NCBI GenBank assembly: GCA_017959905.1
Contig: JAGCZS010000005.1
Coordinates: 22,676-86,675, forward strand
Origin: Bacilli bacterium
Lineage (GTDB): Bacteria > Bacillota_I > Bacilli_A > RFN20 > CAG-826
Length of the DNA: 64,000 nucleotides
Direction: 5' to 3'
A program made the position numbers and the translations under genes. Below the pieces are notes generated by a model. It was given only the letters and a program-made list of their open reading frames with translations, was not told the DNA's origin and did not search any database. Positions within the stretch are counted from its first letter, which is position 1; the number at the start of each line of letters is the position of its first letter. This document shows positions 57,694-64,000 of the stretch, piece by piece.

Positions 57694-57852
57694 ATTTTTT
57701 TATTGTATAACAAAACAAAGGTTTTGTAATATATTTTTGGATATGCTATTGCATTCGCCTCTTAAATTTTTAGATAGCTGTCATTCTTTATTTTGCTTGT
57801 TAATTTGTTGACTTTTTACTATTTTTATGCCTTTTTTATATATTATATATCT

Positions 57853-58731
57853 TTACTTTAACAATGCTATTTTGCTTTTATTTTTTAAATATGCATGATG
57901 TTCGTCGTTTTTTAGATCGCCAAACATATTTTCAAAATTCATAGGATGTTTTGCATCATTAATCCCTTGACGTTGCGTTATTAATTGCAACGCCTTTAAA
58001 CTTCCTAGAGCTTTAGGATTTTTTGAACTAATCATTTGAATGTTTGAATTTTCTAATTGATAAATGGGGTAGTTTTCTATTTTATTATATTGATTACTTA
58101 CTGGCAAAAATGCCTGGTTTGTTTGATTTTGTTGTTCTTTGCTGCCGCCATCTTTTTTATCTTTAAAAAAATTTAAAACACGTTTTAAAAAATCAAAAAA
58201 CTTTCTAATCGTTTCCCAAACGTTGCCACTTTTATACCATACCAATAAAAATAAAACCAAAAAAATAAACAGCAACCAACTCACAACATAAAGTAAAAAT
58301 GAAAAAAATGAAGCAAAACCCTTAAAAAACACAGAAAAAAGTGAATTTTTCGAATTACTAAAATTGTGATTCTCTTGTTTTTTGATGATTGTTTTAAAAT
58401 CTTCTGCTGATGTACGTGCTTCATCGGTCAGTTGTTTAATAATTAAACGATTTTTTTGAATAATATCGCCAAATTTTTGCCTAAAATGCGGTAATAATGG
58501 GACACCACAAAAAAACAAAGTGTAACAAACAATAGTTAAAAATAAAACAACATTTCTTATTTCATTAAAAAGAAGAAGTAAAATAATAACTGCAACAGTC
58601 AAAACAATCGACAAATTAGAAGGAAGTAAAAAACAAAAAAATACTACAATAATGGACAAAAAAGATGCAAAAAATGACAACATCGCCCGGTTTTTTTCTC
58701 CTTTTTTGTTTTTTTTAATTATTTCTATCAA
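57853..58731 (-). CDS. Hypothetical polytopic membrane protein
   Basis: 292 aa with about 4 hydrophobic segments and a Q/N-rich soluble C-terminus. The track start is a TTG. An alternative ATG lies at 58683 (MLSFFASF...), downstream of an AAGGAG. No family recognised. Confidence 0.5.
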   Translation of the reverse strand: MIEIIKKNKKGEKNRAMLSFFASFLSIIVVFFCFLLPSNLSIVLTVAVIILLLLFNEIRNVVLFLTIVCYTLFFCGVPLLPHFRQKFGDIIQKNRLIIKQLTDEARTSAEDFKTIIKKQENHNFSNSKNSLFSVFFKGFASFFSFLLYVVSWLLFIFLVLFLLVWYKSGNVWETIRKFFDFLKRVLNFFKDKKDGGSKEQQNQTNQAFLPVSNQYNKIENYPIYQLENSNIQMISSKNPKALGSLKALQLITQRQGINDAKHPMNFENMFGDLKNDEHHAYLKNKSKIALLK

Positions 58732-58850
58732 TAAATAAGGAAGACAACTTTATTTAATGTTATCAACTTAAATTATATGTTATAGACAACAAATTTTAAA
58801 AATTTTTACTTTTTTTATAAAACACGAAAGACACAAAATAATCAAAATTA

Positions 58851-59447
58851 CTAGCTGCATCCAGTTTCGGTTGAACTCGATTTATTGTTTTGTAATAAAT
58901 TTAACAAATTTACCGCATGATTAAAATCGCTTTTTAGATATTCCAAAAGAATTTTGGAAACTATTTCAAATGTTATTTTTAACGTTTTTAATTCCTTATC
59001 GTTAAATTTATCCAATACAAAATTAGATAAAAGCCCTTGATTTTTAGAATATTCAACACCTATCTTTATTCGTTTAAAATTTGTTGTTTTTAAATTATTA
59101 ATAATACTTTTTATTCCGTTATGACCGCCGCTTTCGCCAGAACTACGCAAACGAATTTTTCCGATTGGCAAATAGATATCGTCTTGAATAACTAAAATAT
59201 CATCGACATCAATATTATAAAAATCTGCTATTTTTTTTACTGCTATGCCACTATTATTTACAAACGTACACGGTTTAAAAAGAATAAAATTTTTTTGTTT
59301 TAAAAACATCCCATTAAAACCTTCTTCAAAGTCTGACAATTGAAAGTTCATAAAAAAACAGAAAAAATCAATAACTTCAAAGCCGATATTATGACGTGTT
59401 TTAATAAATTTTTTTCCTATATTGCCTAAACCAACGATTAATTTCAT
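58851..59447 (-). CDS. pth: Peptidyl-tRNA hydrolase
   Basis: MKLIVGLGNIGKKFIKTRHNIGF, GESGGHNGIKS. Confidence 0.94.
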   Translation of the reverse strand: MKLIVGLGNIGKKFIKTRHNIGFEVIDFFCFFMNFQLSDFEEGFNGMFLKQKNFILFKPCTFVNNSGIAVKKIADFYNIDVDDILVIQDDIYLPIGKIRLRSSGESGGHNGIKSIINNLKTTNFKRIKIGVEYSKNQGLLSNFVLDKFNDKELKTLKITFEIVSKILLEYLKSDFNHAVNLLNLLQNNKSSSTETGCS

Positions 59448-59637
59448 AACTCCATTTCGGATAATAAATTAAACTAAAATTAATTAAAATATTACCGCTC
59501 CCAAAATTATTATAAACGCTATTTTACTAACCTTTATAATCAAAAAAGTTAAAATTATGGTAACATTAACTTATTGTTACATTTTTTCAACATTCTGAGA
59601 CGTTATTTAAATAAACTAAAATTTGGAGGTTTCTATC

Positions 59638-62292
59638 ATGAAAGCATACGTTTATAACTTCAAAGATGCTTATGGATTGGGCAAAGAAACATTAGGTGGT
59701 AAGGGAAATGGATTAGCCGAGATGAAACACATTGGCATTCCTATTCCTGATGGTTTTACAATAACTACGCAGGCTTGTGAGTTATATTTTAAAAATGGTA
59801 AAACAATTCCAGACACTTTAAAAAAAGAAATACTAGAAAATGTAGCAAGAATTGAAATTGAAACCGGGAAGAAATTCGGCGGTAATAATCCACTTTTAGT
59901 TTCTGTAAGAAGTGGTGCACGTATCAGCATGCCTGGAATGATGGACACTATCTTAAATTTAGGTTTAAACGATAAAACTGTTGAAATATTGGCTCGCGAG
60001 ACCAATAATGAACGATTTGCTTATGACTGTTATAGACGCTTTATTTTAATGTTTACTAACATTGCAAAAGGACATCCTAGAACAGAAATGGATAAAATGT
60101 TAGAAAATGTTAAAAGTAAAAATCATTACAAATTAGATACCGAAATACCATGCGAAAAATTAAAAGAATTAGTAACTGAATATAAATTATATTATAAAAA
60201 TGTTTTTAAGGAAGAATTCCCCTCTAATCCAAAACAACAATTAATTGAAGCTGTATCCGCAGTTTTTAGAAGTTGGGATAATCCACGTGCTAATGTTTAT
60301 CGACGCATGAATAATATTCCATATAGTTGGGGAACAGCTGTCAATGTTCAAATGATGGTTTTTGGAAACAAAGGTGAAAATTCTGGTACTGGTGTGGCTT
60401 TTAGCAGATCGCCTTCAACAGGAGAAAATAAGATTTTTGCTGAATATTTACCAAATGCGCAAGGAGAAGATGTTGTTGCGGGCATTCGCACACCTTTAAA
60501 TATAAAAGAATTACAAAATAGAATGCCTGAAGTTTATGATGAATTTATAGCAACAATTAAAAAAATGGAATTTCATAACAAAGATATGCAAGATATGGAA
60601 TTTACTATTGAAGATGGTAAATTATATTTTTTACAAACTCGTAGCGGAAAAAGAACAGCTGCGGCGGCATTAAAAATAGCTTACGATTTAGTTCAAGAAC
60701 AAATAATAAACAAAAAAGAAGCTCTAATGCGAATTGATGCCAAAACATTAGATACATTGTTACATCCAAGTTTTGATAATAACGAATTAAAGAAAATTGA
60801 TTGCATCGCTAATGGTTTACCAGCGTCTCCTGGCGCAAGCACAGGTAAAATAGCTTTTACAGCTGAAGAAGCAGAAACACGTCATAAAAACGGAGAAAGT
60901 GTTATCTTATGCCGAACAGAAACATCACCTGAAGATATTGTCGGCATGATAAATTCTGAAGCTATTTTAACATCTAGAGGCGGAATGACTAGCCATGCGG
61001 CTGTTGTTGCTAGAGGCATGGGGAAATGTTGTGTTGTTGGTTGTAATGATATGCTTATTAACGAAAAAAACAAAACATTAACTATCAAAACCAAAGACAA
61101 AGATATTGTTCTTACAGATAAAGATACCATATCGCTTGATGGTTCTACCGGAAATGTTTATATTGGCGATATTAAAAAAAATGCTCCTGAATTATCAGGG
61201 GTTTTTGGCAAAATAATGGAATGGTGTGATTATTATCGTCAACTACATATTAGAACAAACGCCGATACACCAGCAGATGCTTTACAAGCTAAAAAATTTG
61301 GAGCAGAGGGGATAGGTTTGTGCAGAACAGAACATATGTTTTTTGCTGAAGATCGTATTTTTTTTATGCGAAAAATGATTTTAAGCGATAACGAAAATGA
61401 TAGAATCGAAGCTTTAAACGAGTTAGAACCATTTCAAGAAGAAGATTTTTACAAATTATATAAAAATATGAACGGACTTAACGTTAATATACGTCTTTTA
61501 GACCCACCTTTACACGAATTTTTGCCGCAAGAAGAAGATAAAATTGTCGAATTAGCAAAAAGTCTTAATGTTTCAAAAGAACACATAAAAAATCGTATTA
61601 AATATTTACATGAGTTCAATCCAATGATGGGCCATAGAGGTTGCCGTTTAGGAGTTTCATACCCTGAAATTACAAAAATGCAAGTTACTGCCATAATTAA
61701 TGCTGCTTTAAAGGCTCAAAAAGAAATAAAAAAAAGTATTTTAGTAGAAATTATGGTACCTTTAATTTTTTCAGTAGAAGAGTTCAAATATATAAAAAAT
61801 ATTATTAAAACAACTGCAGACGATATTATTAAAAAAAGTAGGGCAGAAATACGATATAAAATTGGTACAATGATTGAGATACCTCGAGCAGCTCTAACAG
61901 CGGAAAAAATAGCTCCTGAATCAGATTTTTTTAGTTTCGGTACAAACGATTTAACACAAATGACATTTGGTTTTTCGCGTGATGACGCAAGTAAATTTCT
62001 CAAAGATTATTATGATAAAAAAATTTTAGAACAAGATCCATTTGCTAGCATTGATCAAAACGGCGTTGGTAAATTGGTTGAACTAGCTGTAATAAACGGT
62101 AAAAAAGCCAATTATAAATTACATGTTGGCGTTTGCGGAGAACATGGCGGCGATCCAGAATCTATATATTTCTTTCATAATGCGAATTTAGATTATGTTT
62201 CCTGTTCGCCTTTTAGAGTGCCAGTTGCTAGATTGGCAGCGGCTCAAGCGGCTATTAAAAATCCTCATCGCTATTTAAAAACAAAAAAATAA
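59638..62292 (+). CDS. ppdK: Pyruvate, phosphate dikinase
   Basis: LGGKGNGLAEM, phosphohistidine loop GGMTSHAAVVARGMG, PEP/pyruvate domain GLCRTEHMF and CGEHGGDP. I chose the ATG at 59638, which follows a GGAGG SD (59625-59629) by 8 nt, over the track's TTG at 59623. Confidence 0.95.
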   Translation: MKAYVYNFKDAYGLGKETLGGKGNGLAEMKHIGIPIPDGFTITTQACELYFKNGKTIPDTLKKEILENVARIEIETGKKFGGNNPLLVSVRSGARISMPGMMDTILNLGLNDKTVEILARETNNERFAYDCYRRFILMFTNIAKGHPRTEMDKMLENVKSKNHYKLDTEIPCEKLKELVTEYKLYYKNVFKEEFPSNPKQQLIEAVSAVFRSWDNPRANVYRRMNNIPYSWGTAVNVQMMVFGNKGENSGTGVAFSRSPSTGENKIFAEYLPNAQGEDVVAGIRTPLNIKELQNRMPEVYDEFIATIKKMEFHNKDMQDMEFTIEDGKLYFLQTRSGKRTAAAALKIAYDLVQEQIINKKEALMRIDAKTLDTLLHPSFDNNELKKIDCIANGLPASPGASTGKIAFTAEEAETRHKNGESVILCRTETSPEDIVGMINSEAILTSRGGMTSHAAVVARGMGKCCVVGCNDMLINEKNKTLTIKTKDKDIVLTDKDTISLDGSTGNVYIGDIKKNAPELSGVFGKIMEWCDYYRQLHIRTNADTPADALQAKKFGAEGIGLCRTEHMFFAEDRIFFMRKMILSDNENDRIEALNELEPFQEEDFYKLYKNMNGLNVNIRLLDPPLHEFLPQEEDKIVELAKSLNVSKEHIKNRIKYLHEFNPMMGHRGCRLGVSYPEITKMQVTAIINAALKAQKEIKKSILVEIMVPLIFSVEEFKYIKNIIKTTADDIIKKSRAEIRYKIGTMIEIPRAALTAEKIAPESDFFSFGTNDLTQMTFGFSRDDASKFLKDYYDKKILEQDPFASIDQNGVGKLVELAVINGKKANYKLHVGVCGEHGGDPESIYFFHNANLDYVSCSPFRVPVARLAAAQAAIKNPHRYLKTKK

Positions 62293-62365
62293 ATTGAACT
62301 GTTTTGTTATAAGTTATAAAACATTATAGCCAATGTAATTGTAAAAAGCAGCACGCTTTAAGCGG

Positions 62366-63241
62366 TCAACGAATGGTTTTATTCTGTGTTTCTGTTATAA
62401 AAACATTACAACGAATATTTTTCTGAAGTTTTTTCGCAATTTTTTTGATATTTTTATTATTTGCGCTCATAAATAAAGAAACAACACAATTCCCTGCTCC
62501 TGTCATAAAAGCAATTAAATTGTTATTTATTAAAAATTTTTTAATCTTTTTTATTTGTGGCTCTTCCTTTGTCGCTACTGCTTCTAACATATTCCCGACA
62601 TTATTATATAAAAGTTGTTCGTTGCCTAATTTTAAAGCTTTTATAACTTTTGTAATATTAAATTTTTTCTTAGCTTTTTTACTATTATCAAAATTTGAAA
62701 AAATGTTCTTAGTTAATAAACCTTTGCTTTTGCCAGGTTGAATGATTAAAACATTATATTTTTTAACATTAATCATTCTTAACTTATCGCCAATGCCAGA
62801 AACATACGCTGGTTTATTAAAAATAAAAAACGGCACATCACATCCAAATTTTAATGCCATTTTTATTTTTTCGGCTCTTTTTAGCTTTAATTTATATTTT
62901 TTAATATAAAAAGTTATAATACTTGCGACATCACTACTTTCGCCGCCTAAACCAGAATTTATTGGTATCTGTTTTTTTACATAAAACAAATATTTATCTT
63001 TAATCTTAAATTGCTTTTCAATGTATTTAACTGCTTTATTGCATATATTTTCATTTATACCTATTTTTAAATTTTCAAAAATAACTGATTGTTTTAATGG
63101 AAAATCACGGCCAACTTTTTTTACGGTAATAATATCGTGAAGTTTTATTGGCAAAATAACAGTTTCCAAAAAATGAAAGCCATTTTTTTTATTGAAGACA
63201 TTTAGTGTGACATTAATTTTTGCATTTGCTTTTAAAATCAT
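62366..63241 (-). CDS. ispE: 4-diphosphocytidyl-2-C-methyl-D-erythritol kinase
   Basis: ANAKINVTLNV..., GHMP-kinase loop PINSGLGGESSDVA. It ends in TGA, showing that TGA is used as a stop here. Confidence 0.88.
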   Translation of the reverse strand: MILKANAKINVTLNVFNKKNGFHFLETVILPIKLHDIITVKKVGRDFPLKQSVIFENLKIGINENICNKAVKYIEKQFKIKDKYLFYVKKQIPINSGLGGESSDVASIITFYIKKYKLKLKRAEKIKMALKFGCDVPFFIFNKPAYVSGIGDKLRMINVKKYNVLIIQPGKSKGLLTKNIFSNFDNSKKAKKKFNITKVIKALKLGNEQLLYNNVGNMLEAVATKEEPQIKKIKKFLINNNLIAFMTGAGNCVVSLFMSANNKNIKKIAKKLQKNIRCNVFITETQNKTIR

Positions 63242-64000
63242 TGTTATTAATTGTTTTAAAAATTTTTAAATATTTTTTTTCATCTACTTGTTCTGGTCTT
63301 AACAAAATGGAAATTTTTAATTTATGTAAAATATCCAATATTTTCTGTTTATTTTGAATATACAACATTAAATTTTTATATAATGTTTTTCTACGGTGAA
63401 GAAAAATTTTTTTTAAAAAAGAGAAATATTGCTTTTTGTCAAAAATGTCATTTTTTTTTGTTGTTAAGGAAAAAACCGCTGATTGAATGTGCGGTTTTGG
63501 AAAAAAATTATTCTTAGAAACGATTAATTCTTTTCGCAAAATTGATATGTTTTTTATAATTATCGATAATGGGCCGTAGTTCTTTGTGCCTACACCTGAA
63601 TTTAAACGTTCTAAAACATCTCTTTGCACTAAAAAAACATATTTTTTCACATTATGTCCGTTAATCAAAAAATACTCTAACGATTTGGACGTTATATAGT
63701 ACGGAAGACTAGAAATAATTTTTGTATATTTAGAAATATCTATATTTAAAAATGACTGCCTAATTATTTTTGTATTTTTATTCAACAAAAAATGTTTTTT
63801 TAAAAAAAGTATAACTTTATTATCAATATCGTTCAGTACGAGTTTTTTATACTTTTTTTTTAATAAAAAAAAACTTAAAGATCCAAAACCAGATCCGCCT
63901 TCAAAAACAATATCGTCTTTTTTAACGTTTAAAATCGACACAATTTTAGAAGATAAACTTTCATTAATTAAAAAATTTTGGCCTATGTCTTTATTAAATT
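63213..64000 (-). CDS. rsmA: 16S rRNA (adenine1518/1519-N6)-dimethyltransferase; 5' end lies beyond the right edge
   Basis: The track ORF begins at an internal GTG (63941), but the frame stays open to the window edge and reads ...DIGQNFLINESLSSKIVSILNVKKDDIVFEGGSGFGSLS (QNFL plus the SAM-binding E.G.G.G motif). The conserved rsmA...ispE neighbourhood is kept. Confidence 0.88.
   Translation of the reverse strand, partial: FNKDIGQNFLINESLSSKIVSILNVKKDDIVFEGGSGFGSLSFFLLKKKYKKLVLNDIDNKVILFLKKHFLLNKNTKIIRQSFLNIDISKYTKIISSLPYYITSKSLEYFLINGHNVKKYVFLVQRDVLERLNSGVGTKNYGPLSIIIKNISILRKELIVSKNNFFPKPHIQSAVFSLTTKKNDIFDKKQYFSFLKKIFLHRRKTLYKNLMLYIQNKQKILDILHKLKISILLRPEQVDEKKYLKIFKTINNNDFKSKCKN

Noticed and set aside
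62293-62365. Possible bidirectional terminator in the convergent ppdK/ispE spacer (TGTTTTGTTATAAGTTATAAAACA; CGCTTTAAGCG)
   Set aside because: The arms pair for only 4-6 bp, the interior is a tandem GTTATAA repeat rather than a stem, and no T-run follows on either strand.
3839-62741. All remaining track ORFs nested inside annotated genes, antisense or out of frame. Examples: 3839-4051, 5538-5729, 10755-11099, 11229-11420, 12197-12388, 13793-14014, 14243-14434, 14556-14750, 15071-15268, 16158-16346, 20762-20977, 21224-21427, 22138-22605, 23985-24179, 25174-25497, 25570-25851, 26385-26849, 26846-27226, 27722-27930, 28572-28766, 28873-29145, 31184-31651, 32220-32465, 32829-33017, 33055-33411, 33427-33615, 33806-34000, 34520-34765, 35049-35243, 35527-35724, 38806-39096, 39080-39268, 42151-42465, 42443-42640, 42728-42922, 42976-43164, 43751-43957, 44884-45240, 45604-45861, 46730-47041, 47824-48057, 49823-50044, 50945-51133, 52746-52958, 52995-53261, 54133-54441, 59670-60005, 60882-61130, 61449-61694, 61716-62003, 62445-62741
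   Set aside because: Each overlaps a gene with unambiguous conserved motifs. Their translations are low-complexity, often Phe/Leu/Ile/Ser-rich mirror images of Lys/Asn/Glu-rich genes. Long shadow ORFs are expected in AT-rich DNA where stop-codon complements (TTA/CTA/TCA) are themselves codons.

Overview
Very AT-rich (about one quarter G+C by eye), tightly packed window that is almost all core genes. It appears to come from a small-genome anaerobe of the PolC-containing Firmicutes/Mollicutes type. The standard genetic code applies: ORFs up to 1459 codons are TGA-free, Trp is TGG, and tRNA-Trp has anticodon CCA.

Left to right, the window holds:
- the 5' end of a PFOR gene
- a tRNA-flanked islet with gene debris
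- a 539-aa orphan membrane ORF, then proS
- rpsP-khpA-trmD, rnc, recG
- the str operon (rpsL-rpsG-fusA-tuf)
- a DUF2779-type nuclease-like gene
- polC and dxr
- a CpI-type [FeFe]-hydrogenase with a small Fe-S partner
- mgtE
- secE-nusG joined directly to a complete 29-gene S10-spc-alpha ribosomal cluster
- oppBCDF
- nrdG / trxB / nrdD
- a second patch of gene debris
- lysS-dusB-ftsH-tilS-prs
- an orphan membrane ORF, pth, ppdK, ispE, and the 3' part of rsmA

Six tRNAs are present. There is no rRNA, CRISPR array, intact mobile element or recognisable defence system.

The items I rate highest are:
1. a class III ribonucleotide reductase with a C-terminally fused CPKC redoxin domain, in an operon with trxB
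2. an [FeFe]-hydrogenase partnered with a protein that is only the C-terminal Fe-S module of a NuoF/HydB flavoprotein
3. a roughly 75-bp duplicated copy of the tuf 3' end at a broken tuf|S10 synteny junction
4. two decayed accessory genes
5. an orphan membrane protein that, by eye only, resembles a degenerate GGDEF-EAL architecture

All family calls rest on motifs I recognise in the translations. No database search was run, and start codons are approximate where noted.
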